From Vulcanimicrobiota bacterium (lineage in GTDB: Bacteria; Vulcanimicrobiota; Vulcanimicrobiia; Vulcanimicrobiales; Vulcanimicrobiaceae), in the NCBI GenBank assembly GCA_963812155.1, contig CAWETW010000001.1:320001-384000 (forward strand): a DNA stretch of 64,000 nucleotides, given 5' to 3'. Under the pieces are notes generated by a model. The model did not search any database, was not told where the DNA came from, and saw only the letters and a list, made by a program, of their open reading frames with translations. A program made the position numbers and the translations under genes. Shown here one piece after another: positions 24,927 to 34,903 of the stretch (the stretch's first letter is position 1; every line of letters starts with the position of its first letter).

Positions 24927-25934
24927 CTAGTTGCCGAATGCGGCGCGCACGGACTCCTTGAACGAACCGGTGGTGCGCAGGACGGCGGTCGGCTCGTAGC
25001 CGCAGTGCGCCATGCAATTCTCACACGATTCGTGCTTCCCGCGGCCGTATTTCGACCATTCGGTTTCCTCGAGCAGCTCCTTATAGGTCTTGGCGTAGCC
25101 TTCTTTGCTCATGAGGTAACACGGGCGCTGCCATCCGAAGACCGTGTAGCACGGGATGCCCCACGGCGTGCACTCGAAATCGACTTTGCCTTCGAGGAAG
25201 TCGAGATAGAGCGGGCTGTGGTTGAGCCGCCATTTCTTGCGTTTGCCGTCGGCGAAGGCGGCTTTGAACACCTCGTTCGTACGCTTGACGCCCAAAAAGT
25301 GTTCCTGATCCGGAGCCTTTTCGTAGGCGTAGGCCGGCGAGATCTGCATCATGTCGACCTTGAGCTCGTCGTTGAGATAATCCAAGACCGCGCGCACCGA
25401 TTCGGGGCCGTCCTGATCGAAGAACGTCGTATTCGTGTAGACGCGGAAGCCGCGCTCCTTTGCGTCTTTGATGGCGTCAACGGCCTTATCGAAGACGCCG
25501 TCCCGGCAGACCGATTCGTCGTGCCGCTCGCGCATGCCGTCGAGATGAATCATCCACGCGAAGTAGGGCGTCGGCTTGAACTGCGCGATCTTCTTCTTGA
25601 GCAGCAGCGCGTTCGTGCACAGGAAGACGAACTTCTTGCGCTTGACCAGCTCCTCGACGATTTGAGGCATTTGATCGTGCACGAGCGGCTCGCCGCCCGC
25701 GATCGACACCATCGGCGCCCCGCACTCCTCGACGGCCGCGATACATTCCTCGACGCTGAGGCGACGGCGCAGGATATCGTCGGGATGCTGGATCTTGCCG
25801 CAGCCCGCACAGGCGAGGTTGCACTGCAGCAGCGGTTCGAGTTCCAGCACGAGCGGATAGCGTTTCTCACCGCGCAGCGTCTTGCCGGCGATGTACTTCG
25901 CTACCGCGATTTTCTGCTGCAGGGGCATGCTCAT
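24927..25934 (-). CDS. hpnH: Adenosyl-hopene transferase (radical SAM)
   Basis: YPLVLELEPLLQCNLACAGC, CTPWG, CENCMAHCGYEPTA. Confidence 0.96.
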   Translation of the reverse strand: MSMPLQQKIAVAKYIAGKTLRGEKRYPLVLELEPLLQCNLACAGCGKIQHPDDILRRRLSVEECIAAVEECGAPMVSIAGGEPLVHDQMPQIVEELVKRKKFVFLCTNALLLKKKIAQFKPTPYFAWMIHLDGMRERHDESVCRDGVFDKAVDAIKDAKERGFRVYTNTTFFDQDGPESVRAVLDYLNDELKVDMMQISPAYAYEKAPDQEHFLGVKRTNEVFKAAFADGKRKKWRLNHSPLYLDFLEGKVDFECTPWGIPCYTVFGWQRPCYLMSKEGYAKTYKELLEETEWSKYGRGKHESCENCMAHCGYEPTAVLRTTGSFKESVRAAFGN

Positions 25935-25943
25935 TCTCGTCGG

Positions 25944-27833
25944 TTACCCTTTCGTGGGTGCTGATGCCTTCATAATGACGGCGTCGGTGGCGAGGGCCAT
26001 CATGGGGAAGACGTGGCGATACAGGTGATAGTTGATGTAAAAGTCGCGGGGAAAACCCGTTCCGGTGCACTCTCGCTCGTCCCAGGTGCCGTCGGGCCGC
26101 TGCCGATCGCACAGGAAAGCAAGACCCCGCTGGGTCGCCGAATGTTGCGGCATACCGGCAAGTTGCAGGGCGTTGACGGCCCAAGCCGTCTGGGACGCCG
26201 TGCTCCGGCCGACGCCGGCGAACGACTCGTCGACGTAGGAGTGGCAGCTCTCGCCCCAGCCTCCGTCGGCGTTTTGAACCCTCACCAGCCAACCCGCGGC
26301 GCGCTCGATCATTGCGTCGCCGGTCCGCAGCGCGCGCAGTGCGGATATCACGCACCACGTCCCGTAGACGAAGTTCACGCCCCAACGCCCGAACCACGAT
26401 CCGTCGGGACGCTGAGTTTCGCGGAGAAACTCCAGCCCGCGCGCGACGTACGGATCGCCGGTCCCGCACCCGAGCGCGGCCAGCATTTCGAGGACGTGCG
26501 CGGTGACGTCTTCGGTCGGCGGATCGATCATCGCGCCGAAATCTGAGAAGGGCATGCGGTAGAGCAGTTCGCGCGTGTTGTCGCGGTCGAATGCCGCCCA
26601 CGCCCCGTTGCGCGAGCGCATCGCGAGCGTCCAGCGGCGCGCGCGTTCGATCGAGTCGCGCGTCATGCCGGAGTCGCCGCCTTCGAGCAATGCCAGCACG
26701 ACGATGGTCGTGTCGTCGATGTCGGGATACGCATCGTTGTCGAACTCGAACGCCCAGCCGTTTCCGTGCTTCTCGTCGCACTTCACGCGCCAGTCGCCCG
26801 GTGCGTCGTCGGGAATTTGTTCTTGCAGCATCCACTGGGTCGCGCGCGCCATCGCAGGATGCGTTCGCTCGAATCCGGCCAAGGCGAGCGCGCGCATCGC
26901 CCACGCCGTATCCCAGACCGGCGACATGCACGCCAGAAAACGCCGCCCGCCCACCTCGGTGCGCCGGTCGCCGTCGTCAATCGTAAAACGCGCGAAGCCG
27001 CCGATGCCCTTGCGCATCACCGGATGCTCGAGTCCGTATCCCATCAGGTCGAGCGCGATTAACGAGTACACCCACGGGGGTTGAATGCCGCCCCAGCTGC
27101 CGTCGGCTTCTTGCCGGTCGATCACCCATCGCGCGATGCGCCGCTGCGCGCTGCGCCGAAACGGCTGCCAAGGCAGCCGTTCGTACAGTTTCTGGAGACG
27201 CTCGACCGTCATCAACCAGCCGCTGCCGCGCACGCGCTCCAGTTCGTCCTCCGTACCGGGCAAGACGATTTCGCCGACGTCCACTCCGAGATCGCGAACC
27301 GGCTTCTTCGACACGACGATGGTCAGCGGCGCGACCGTACCGCGCGCCCAACACGCGAAATCGTAGACGTTGAACGGCACCCACAACGGAAAGTAGACGA
27401 TCTCGGGCGGCAGCGAGGGCACGCCCTTCCACGGATATTTGCCGAAGATCGCCAGCCAAATCTTCGTGAAGACGCGTGCGTGCGCGACGCCGCCCAAACG
27501 GTGGATCACGGCCAGCGCGTCGCGCATTTCCTGGCGCTGCGGATCGACGCCGAGGACTTTCAGCGCAACGTAGGCTTCGATCGTGGTGCTGAGATCCGCC
27601 GGTCCGTCGTAATACAGCGACCAGGATCCGTCGTCGCGCTGGTTCTGCAAGATGTGCGCGATCGCGCCGCCGGCAATCGCGTCGATCGGTAGTCCGAGAA
27701 AGCGAAACAGCAGGACCTGTTCGGCCGTCATGGTGACGTTCGTCTCGAGTTCGCCCGACCACCAGCCTTCGGGCGACTGTTCGGCGAGCAGCCATTCGAC
27801 GCTCGCGGCGAGCGCTTCGCGGGTGGTTTTCAC
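25944..27833 (-). CDS. shc: Squalene-hopene cyclase
   Basis: GTG start in a GTGA overlap; YPDIDDT motif and multiple QxxDGxW repeats. Confidence 0.98.
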   Translation of the reverse strand: MKTTREALAASVEWLLAEQSPEGWWSGELETNVTMTAEQVLLFRFLGLPIDAIAGGAIAHILQNQRDDGSWSLYYDGPADLSTTIEAYVALKVLGVDPQRQEMRDALAVIHRLGGVAHARVFTKIWLAIFGKYPWKGVPSLPPEIVYFPLWVPFNVYDFACWARGTVAPLTIVVSKKPVRDLGVDVGEIVLPGTEDELERVRGSGWLMTVERLQKLYERLPWQPFRRSAQRRIARWVIDRQEADGSWGGIQPPWVYSLIALDLMGYGLEHPVMRKGIGGFARFTIDDGDRRTEVGGRRFLACMSPVWDTAWAMRALALAGFERTHPAMARATQWMLQEQIPDDAPGDWRVKCDEKHGNGWAFEFDNDAYPDIDDTTIVVLALLEGGDSGMTRDSIERARRWTLAMRSRNGAWAAFDRDNTRELLYRMPFSDFGAMIDPPTEDVTAHVLEMLAALGCGTGDPYVARGLEFLRETQRPDGSWFGRWGVNFVYGTWCVISALRALRTGDAMIERAAGWLVRVQNADGGWGESCHSYVDESFAGVGRSTASQTAWAVNALQLAGMPQHSATQRGLAFLCDRQRPDGTWDERECTGTGFPRDFYINYHLYRHVFPMMALATDAVIMKASAPTKG

Positions 27834-29119
27834 GCGGCGCTGAGCGCGTGGGCGGCGCGGGTGCCGCTGCGAACGGCCGACTCCATCGTATCGGGCCAGC
27901 CGCCGGTGTCGGTCCATGCGCCGGCAATGGCGACCGCCGCCGACGCCGTGCGCTGGCTCGGGCGTCGCACGCCCGGACGCGGCAGGTACGTCGCCTCCGG
28001 GTTACGCGTCACGGCGCTGCGCGTGAGCGTCGCGCCGCGCAGCACGGGCAGGTACGCGCGCACTTCGTCCCAGGCCAGCGCTTCGAGTTGCGCGGTGGGA
28101 AGCCGCAAATACTTATCGGCGGCGCTGCAGCTGCAGCACAGATAACCGCGCGACTTTTCGAAGATCCATTGCAACGGCGAATCGAGCGCCGCGGCGAAAT
28201 CGACGCCGATGCTCGGACCATCGTGCCACAGATGCACGTCCACGATCGGATACGGTTCGAACGCATCCAAGCCGGCGACGCCGTAACGGCCGGGATCGCC
28301 GAGCAGTTTTGCCACCGCAGGCGGAGGCACCGCCAGAACCGCGGCATCGAAGCGGCGCGGCGCCGGATCGCCGAGCAGATGCAGCGTCACGCCGCGATCG
28401 CCCGCGTCGACCGCAACGACCGGCGTCGCGAGGTGCACGCCGTCGAGACGGTCGGCCGCCGCCGTCGCGAAATGTGCGAGCGGAACCGTCGAAAATCCGA
28501 AACGCGCCGCGCCGGCATCCTTGAGAAAGGCGGTCGTCAGCACGAACATCGCATCCTCGCGGCTGATGCGATCGAACGGAGCGTTCAACGCCGGAATGAA
28601 AAACGGATCCCAGAACGCGCGCCGCGTGCCCGCATCCTGCCCGGTGCGCACCAGCCACGTTTCGAAGGTTTCCTCCGGAGGGCCGGACGAGCGGCCATTC
28701 TTTGCGAGCAGCGCGCCGGCGAGCGCGCGGGCCACGCGCAATTTTCCGCTCGCCTTCAAATGCGGATACTTCGCGAAGGACGCGAGCAGATGGAACGGAG
28801 GCCGTCCGTTGCCGGCCCTTAAGTGCCCCGCCTTCCCATCGCGTGCCAGCACGAGCGCGTCGAAGCGTTCTTGCACGTGGAGGTGCCGCTCCATGCCGAT
28901 GCGGCGCACGAAGCCGGTGAACTCCGTGCAGCACGCGAGAAAAACGTGCTGACCGTTATCCACCTCGCAGCCACCGACCACAAACGACGTGGCGCGCCCG
29001 CCGAGCAGGCGGCTGCGCTCGTAGACCTCGACGTGCGCACCAGTTTCTTTTAACTCGAGTCCGGCGGCCAGACCGGCAAGGCCCGCGCCGACGATCGCTA
29101 TCCGCTGCTGCTCAGCCAC
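27830..29119 (-). CDS. hpnE: Hydroxysqualene dehydroxylase
   Basis: GAGLAGL, GGRATS, DNGQHVFLAC, WPDTMESAVRSG. Confidence 0.92.
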   Translation of the reverse strand: MAEQQRIAIVGAGLAGLAAGLELKETGAHVEVYERSRLLGGRATSFVVGGCEVDNGQHVFLACCTEFTGFVRRIGMERHLHVQERFDALVLARDGKAGHLRAGNGRPPFHLLASFAKYPHLKASGKLRVARALAGALLAKNGRSSGPPEETFETWLVRTGQDAGTRRAFWDPFFIPALNAPFDRISREDAMFVLTTAFLKDAGAARFGFSTVPLAHFATAAADRLDGVHLATPVVAVDAGDRGVTLHLLGDPAPRRFDAAVLAVPPPAVAKLLGDPGRYGVAGLDAFEPYPIVDVHLWHDGPSIGVDFAAALDSPLQWIFEKSRGYLCCSCSAADKYLRLPTAQLEALAWDEVRAYLPVLRGATLTRSAVTRNPEATYLPRPGVRRPSQRTASAAVAIAGAWTDTGGWPDTMESAVRSGTRAAHALSAA

Positions 29120-30006
29120 GATCTGACCACCACGCGCAGCTTCTCGGTCTTTGACAGGGCCGCGCGTTCGCGTAGCGGCAGAGCCGGATCGCGTTCGATT
29201 TTCTTGAGTAACTCTTCGTAGATGCCGGCCATCGTGTGCACGCAGGCCGCCGGCCGACGCGGTATGTACTGCAGCACTTCGTACCCCGTTAGGAAATACG
29301 CGCGAGCGCGCTCGACCTGATAGGCGACCAGATCGTTCCAGCCGGGCTCGATTTCGCCGCCGAAGAGTGCCGACTCGGAGACGCCGAAACGCTCGAGTTC
29401 GGCTTGCGGCAGGTAGACGCGCCGCATGTCGACCGCGTCTTCGCGAACGTCGCGCAGAATGTTCGTCAGTTGCAGCGCCAAACCCAAATCGTCGGCGCGC
29501 TGGAGCGCGACCGGATCGCTAAAGCCGAAGATCCGCACGCACATGCGCCCCACCACCGACGCTACGAGCGTGCAGTACTGCCGCAAATCGTCGAACGTCG
29601 CATAGCGCGAGTGACTAAAATCCATCTCGACGCCATCGATGAGCATCTGCAGTTCCTGCTCGGGAATCCGATACCGTTCGATCGCTTCGGCGAGCACGCG
29701 CAGAATCGGATCGTCGCCGTACTCCCCACGGACGGCGCGCGTGATGCGCTCGCGATGGTGTTTCAAGCGCTCGGGAAGCGCTGCGACGGTGTCGGTCTCC
29801 TTCATCCCGTCGGCTTCGTCGTCGACCTGGCGCGCAAAATTGTACAGCGCGTAGATCGCCATGCGCTCGTGGTACCCGAGTGAAATGAAGCCCCAGTAAA
29901 AGTTCCCGGCCTCGCGGCGCGCCATGTCTCGATTGAAGCGCTCGGCCCGGTGCTGATCGGATTGCTCGGGAGTGATTCCGCGCAGCGCCTTCGGTAAGTG
30001 AATCAT
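29098..30006 (-). CDS. hpnD: Presqualene diphosphate synthase (squalene/phytoene synthase family)
   Basis: ATGA overlap; NFYWGF, RQVDDEAD, LQLTNILRDVRED. Confidence 0.9.
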   Translation of the reverse strand: MIHLPKALRGITPEQSDQHRAERFNRDMARREAGNFYWGFISLGYHERMAIYALYNFARQVDDEADGMKETDTVAALPERLKHHRERITRAVRGEYGDDPILRVLAEAIERYRIPEQELQMLIDGVEMDFSHSRYATFDDLRQYCTLVASVVGRMCVRIFGFSDPVALQRADDLGLALQLTNILRDVREDAVDMRRVYLPQAELERFGVSESALFGGEIEPGWNDLVAYQVERARAYFLTGYEVLQYIPRRPAACVHTMAGIYEELLKKIERDPALPLRERAALSKTEKLRVVVRSWLSSSG

Positions 30007-30944
30007 TTGGTCGTATGCGGCGTGATGGAAACGCTCGCCGCCCCGTCGTGAGTCCGGCGAAGCGCCGCACCGAGCGCGCGCGCAACCAATGAGACTTTGA
30101 CGGCGGCCGTGACGCTGGGCCGCTTGCGATCGGTGCGGTAGCCGATGCGCTCGATCGCGTCGCAGATCGCTTCGCCGCCCATGCGATAGAGTGCGAGCTG
30201 CATGCGCAGCGCCGTCGCTTCGATCCGCCGCTCGAGCACGCGCCCCGATTGCAGCAACACGCGAGCGCGTTCCACGAGGCCGCGCACGCCCGCCTCGACC
30301 CCGCCGCGCGCAAGATCGGATTGCAGCAGGTAGGTACGTCCGAGCACGGCGTCGCGGCTGACATCTTGTGCGTGATTGGCCAACTGGAGCCCGATGCACA
30401 CGTCGTCCGAGAGGCGCTCGCAGGCGGCGTCGGTCACGTCGAAGACGCGCAGCACCATGCGGCCGACCGGCGCGGCCGAAAGCGTGCAGTAGCGCTCGAG
30501 TTCCTCCCATCCGGCATAGGTCTTCACGTGCTGATCCATCAGGTTGGCTTCGATCAGGTTCAAAAACGGCGCCGCCGGAATTCGCCGGCGCTCGATCGTA
30601 CGCGCAAGCGCCTGCAGAACGGGATGGACCGGCGGGATGCCGGCAAACATCGCCTCGACTTCGTCGCGCCAAAGCGTGAGACGCGGTTCGGCACTGCCGT
30701 TGGGACTTTCGTCGCCGAGATCGTCGGTCGAACGGCAGAACGCGTAAATGCGGCTCAAATCGGCGCGGCGCTCGCCATCGACGAAGCGCGACGCTACGCT
30801 AAAATTTTCGTAGTGTCGGTTCGTTAAGAAACGGCAATAGGCGTCGGCTGCATCCAGGGTGAGGTCGGGCGCGGCCGCGGCTCGGTCTCTCCGCATGGCA
30901 CCCACGGTCTTTCCCGTTACGGCCTGGGTCCCTGCGGCATTCAA
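30003..30944 (-). CDS. hpnC: Squalene synthase HpnC
   Basis: HYENFSVAS, TDDLGDE, SAAPVGR, LQLANHAQD; exact start uncertain. Confidence 0.9.
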   Translation of the reverse strand: MNAAGTQAVTGKTVGAMRRDRAAAAPDLTLDAADAYCRFLTNRHYENFSVASRFVDGERRADLSRIYAFCRSTDDLGDESPNGSAEPRLTLWRDEVEAMFAGIPPVHPVLQALARTIERRRIPAAPFLNLIEANLMDQHVKTYAGWEELERYCTLSAAPVGRMVLRVFDVTDAACERLSDDVCIGLQLANHAQDVSRDAVLGRTYLLQSDLARGGVEAGVRGLVERARVLLQSGRVLERRIEATALRMQLALYRMGGEAICDAIERIGYRTDRKRPSVTAAVKVSLVARALGAALRRTHDGAASVSITPHTTK

Positions 30945-30987
30945 AAGCGCCGGCGAGCGAACCCGCCGGCGCTTGTCTTCAATCGGT

Positions 30988-32058
30988 TTACTGACCGACG
31001 CGCAGTTGCAGCGTTTGTTGCGAGACTTGCGACGTATTCGGATCGGTCGCGGTCACCTTTAACGTAATCGCCTGCAAACCGGGCATCGAGCGCAGCGTCA
31101 CGGTGAGCTGGAAGTTGCCTTTGGACCCGGCGGTGGTGCTGCCGGCGTAGAGCCCGATCGGCGCACCCGCCGGACCGGCCGTGACGTTGACCTTGGCATA
31201 GGCGGCGGTCGAACCGGCAACGGTAAACGACATCCCGACCGCCTGATCGGCCGCCGGCTGATCGACCGTCAGCGACATTCCACCACCCGAACCGGCTACG
31301 GAGAACGACCACGAGCGATCGAACGTGACGCCGTCGGCGGCCCGCCCGGAAACGCGCACCGTATGCGATCCGTACGACAGCGGCGCGGGCGGTTTATACG
31401 AGAAGTTCGTCCGCGAAATCCCGGACTGTCCGGTGCGGTCGGCGCCGTCGAGCCAGACGCGAATCGAACTCGGCTGCACCTGGGCGGTGAACTCCGCGGC
31501 GATCAGCGCGAAACGGTTGGTGACGCGCGAGCCCGGAGCCGGCTGTTGCACGCGCAACTGCACCATGCCCGACGGGGGATACGGCCGCGGCGGCGGATAC
31601 GGCCGTGGCGGCGGGTACGGCGGCGCGCCGCCTCCGCCACCGGTATGCGTGATCGCGACAACGTTCGTCGACGAGTTGTAGTCAACGGTCGCCCCGAGCG
31701 ATTGCGCAATGAACCGCAGCGGCACGTACGTCGTCGCACCGACGATGAACGGCGCTACGTCGACGAGCTGGGATTGACCGTCCACCGTCGCCTGAGTCGA
31801 GCCGATGGTCAGCGAGATGGTGCGCTGGCCTCGGGTTGCGTTAATCGTCCCGTTCTGATAGACGACGCTCGCACCCATCCGCTCGAAGATGCTGCGCAGC
31901 GGCACGAAGACGCGCCCGGCCCGTTCGATCGGTCCGGGGTTCAACGACATCTGAGAACCGTTTACCATGACCGTCTGTGCCTGCGCCGCAGGGGCAAAGG
32001 CGACGGCGAGCAGCGAGGCGGCCGCCGCGAACCGCCATATACATCCACGAAAGTTCAT
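30988..32058 (-). CDS. Secreted copper-amine-oxidase N-terminal (stalk) domain protein with Pro-rich linker and Ig-like domains
   Basis: AAAGGAG RBS, signal peptide, GRVFVPLRSIFE..TYVPLRFIAQSLGATV, PPYPPPRPYPPPRPYPP. Confidence 0.88.
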   Translation of the reverse strand: MNFRGCIWRFAAAASLLAVAFAPAAQAQTVMVNGSQMSLNPGPIERAGRVFVPLRSIFERMGASVVYQNGTINATRGQRTISLTIGSTQATVDGQSQLVDVAPFIVGATTYVPLRFIAQSLGATVDYNSSTNVVAITHTGGGGGAPPYPPPRPYPPPRPYPPSGMVQLRVQQPAPGSRVTNRFALIAAEFTAQVQPSSIRVWLDGADRTGQSGISRTNFSYKPPAPLSYGSHTVRVSGRAADGVTFDRSWSFSVAGSGGGMSLTVDQPAADQAVGMSFTVAGSTAAYAKVNVTAGPAGAPIGLYAGSTTAGSKGNFQLTVTLRSMPGLQAITLKVTATDPNTSQVSQQTLQLRVGQ

Positions 32059-32122
32059 AAGCGCTCCTTTCCCCGAGAACGGGATTCTATTCGCCTTCCG
32101 GCGGGTTGCTTGCTCTCCGGGT

Positions 32123-33199
32123 TCAGCCGTCTGCAGCGGAAGCCTGCGCCGCGACCAGACGTTCGGTGCCGCGCAACGCTTGGAGCGTAGGCGTGCCGAG
32201 GACGAACATCGCGACGCGCAGGGTCTCGACGATTTCGCGTGCGAGCTCGCCGGCATGCTTCTCGCCCGCATCGGCGGCACGCAAAAACGGTCCCGCCACG
32301 CCCGCGAGATCGGCGCCCAAAGCGATCGCTTTGGCGACGTCGAGGCCGTGCGCGATTCCGCCGCTGGCGACGATCGTTTCAACCGGCGCGACGGCGCGCG
32401 CTTGCCGTAGCGCCTCGGCCGTCGGAATTCCCCATCCGGCGAACGCTTGCGCGACGCGTGCACGCCAGGGTTCCGCGATGCGGTGGCGCTCGACCTCACT
32501 CCAGGAGGTGCCGCCCGCACCGGCGACGTCGATTGCCGCGACGCCGGCGTCGAAGAGCCGCCGGACGTCGTCCGGCGCGATCCCCCAACCGACCTCTTTG
32601 ACCACGACTGGAAAATCGACGGCCGCGCAGAGCGCTGCGATTTTTTCGAGGACGCCGCGAAAGCATGTATCGCCCTCCGGCTGCAGCGCCTCTTGCAGTG
32701 CGTTGAGATGCAGCACGAGCGCATCGGCATGCAGTCGCTCGACGAGCCGGCGGCAATCGCCGGCACCGTAGCCTTTGTTCAGCTGCACCGCGCCGAGATT
32801 TGCAAGCAGCAGCACGTCGGGCGCCAGCGCGCGAACGTCGAACGTATGGAGCGTCTCTAAAGACTCCAGCGCCGCGCGTCCCGAGCCTAGACCCATCGCC
32901 AAACCGCATTCGGCTGCGACGGTCGCGAGAATCCGGTTGATGCGCGCCCCCTCGGGCGTGCCGCCGGTCATGCACGAGACGAGCAGCGGCGCTGCCAGCC
33001 GGCGCCCGAAGAGCTGCGTGGACGTGTCGACGTCGGCAAGATCGATGCCGGGCAGCGCGTGATGGACGAAGACGTAGCGTTCGAATCCGTTGGTGACGCC
33101 CTTTGCGGCGACGTCGCGTTCGGCGTTAATACGGATATGATCGGCCTTCCGGCCGGCGGTCGCCGCGTCAGGCGTGGGTCGCGACGTGCCGGGCAACAC
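32123..33199 (-). CDS. fni: Type 2 isopentenyl-diphosphate delta-isomerase
   Basis: RKADHI, MTGG, HLNALQE, KEVGWG, GAGGTSW, SGGI. Confidence 0.96.
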   Translation of the reverse strand: MLPGTSRPTPDAATAGRKADHIRINAERDVAAKGVTNGFERYVFVHHALPGIDLADVDTSTQLFGRRLAAPLLVSCMTGGTPEGARINRILATVAAECGLAMGLGSGRAALESLETLHTFDVRALAPDVLLLANLGAVQLNKGYGAGDCRRLVERLHADALVLHLNALQEALQPEGDTCFRGVLEKIAALCAAVDFPVVVKEVGWGIAPDDVRRLFDAGVAAIDVAGAGGTSWSEVERHRIAEPWRARVAQAFAGWGIPTAEALRQARAVAPVETIVASGGIAHGLDVAKAIALGADLAGVAGPFLRAADAGEKHAGELAREIVETLRVAMFVLGTPTLQALRGTERLVAAQASAADG

Positions 33200-33951
33200 T
33201 TTGAAAAACGTTCAGTTGTCGTGGTTGGGGAATGCAACGTTCGATCGACGCAACCGATTTCTGCGCGAGCCGGCGCGCGAGGGCCGCGTCGCCGCTTTGC
33301 GCGGCGGCCGCCAACAGCCGTCCGGCGCGATTGAACTCCCTGCACACTGCATGTGGCGCACCTGCGACGAGCGCGCCGCTTTCCAGCGCGGCACCGGTTA
33401 ATGCGGCGCTGCGGCGGCGCACGGAACGAACGCGCGACAGCAGGCTGCCGCGCGCGGGCGCCTCGTTCGCCGTCGTTGCTTCGGCCTTCGATCGCAACGA
33501 GGACGGCGCGCGCCGCGAGCGATGCCGCCGCAAGCCGCCGCTCGGGGTTGCGGACGTCTTGCGCGAGTGCGCGCAACGCCATCGCGTACAGCGCGTCGCC
33601 GGCATTGAGGCTTTGGCCAAGACCCCAACGCGCCACCACCGGCTCGACGGCACCATTCCCGGCATCGCCTTCTTCCACCAGCTCGTCGTGGAGCAGCATG
33701 AAGCGGTCGAACAGATCGAAAGCCGCGGCGACCGGAAGCGCGTCGGAGAGCTCGCTGTCGCCGCCTCCGCAGGCCGAGCACGCCCACAGCACGAGATTTG
33801 GCCGAAGCATGAAATCGTCGTTGCGCGCGCGGCGCCGTTGCTCAATAATCGTCCAGGCCACCGATTGCAGCGGCAGGGTCACGCCGCGCAGGTAGGCGAG
33901 GATGGGAGCGCGATGTTCGCTCAAAGGAGCGCATTGGGGGACCGGCACCAT
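33168..33951 (-). pseudogene. Degenerate polyprenyl-synthetase-like gene with a +1 frameshift
   Basis: LRPNLV..LLHDELVE..SLNAGDALY in one frame continues as SAALTGAALESGALVAGA in another; the shift is near 33457 and the span is 3n+1. Confidence 0.75.
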
Positions 33952-34027
33952 GGCCGGGCCTTTCGCCGGTTCCAGACGCGTTCCGCCCGGCGCCGTTACA
34001 CGCAAACACGAGGAGTTCACGGAAAAC

Positions 34028-34897
34028 ATGCAGATCGGTTCGGAAGAACACAAACAGCTTTTCTGCCGCTCGTTCATCGAGACGCACAAGCCGTACGAAC
34101 CGCGCGACATGCCGTGGCCCGCGCTCGACGACGTTTCGCTCGCGCGACTGCGCGCGATTCCGGTGTGGAGCATGGCGCTCTCGATCGAGGTCAATGCCGG
34201 AGCAATGCTCGCGGGGTATGCAAGTACGGAGGCGGACCCGCTCGTACGCCAGGCTATCGAACTGCAAGGCTACGAAGAGGCCCGCCACGGCCGCATTTTG
34301 GCCGAAATGGTTTCGCGCTACGGGTTGAGGGCAGAAACGAGCACGTCGAACGAGAAGCCGAACCGCGCGGCTTTCGTCAAATTCGGATATGACGAATGTG
34401 TCGACTCGTTCGCGGGATTCGGGATCTTTCGTCTGGCGTGCGACGCACGCATCCTGCCCGATTCGCTCACGTCGCTCTTCCTCCGCGTCATGGAAGAGGA
34501 AGCACGCCACATCGTGTTTTTCGTCAATTGGATCGCCTGGGACCGTGACCGCTCGGGTTGCCGCGGACCCGTGATGCAGGCCGTTCCGACAATCCTCGAA
34601 TACTTCAGAGCGGTCACCCGGCGCGCGAAGAGCGGCAGCGAAATGGCGGCCGGCGGCGGCAGCAGCAGCAGCACGACCGACGGTAAAATCAATCTCTTTG
34701 AGGACGTGCTCAAAGGTCTCACCCCGGCCAAATTCCTGCGCGCCTGCATCGATGAAAACGAACGCTACATGCGCGCGTTCGATTCTCGCCTACTGCGTCC
34801 GCGATTCATCCCGGCGCTCGCGCGCGCCGCACTTTTCATCCTCGAAATCGTCGAACGGCTTCGCGCGACGTTCGGCCGCGGCGAAGCACACGCGTAA
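34028..34897 (+). CDS. Ferritin-like di-iron carboxylate protein
   Basis: GAGGAG RBS; two EEARH motifs, each preceded by a Glu-bearing helix. Confidence 0.85.
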   Translation: MQIGSEEHKQLFCRSFIETHKPYEPRDMPWPALDDVSLARLRAIPVWSMALSIEVNAGAMLAGYASTEADPLVRQAIELQGYEEARHGRILAEMVSRYGLRAETSTSNEKPNRAAFVKFGYDECVDSFAGFGIFRLACDARILPDSLTSLFLRVMEEEARHIVFFVNWIAWDRDRSGCRGPVMQAVPTILEYFRAVTRRAKSGSEMAAGGGSSSSTTDGKINLFEDVLKGLTPAKFLRACIDENERYMRAFDSRLLRPRFIPALARAALFILEIVERLRATFGRGEAHA

Positions 34898-34903
34898 AAC
34901 GCG

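Noticed and set aside
29098..32766. Apparent long fusions in the ORF track (524-aa hpnD, 592-aa stalk protein)
   Set aside because: The upstream extensions overlap hpnC or fni in other frames; an ATGA overlap and an RBS give the shorter starts.
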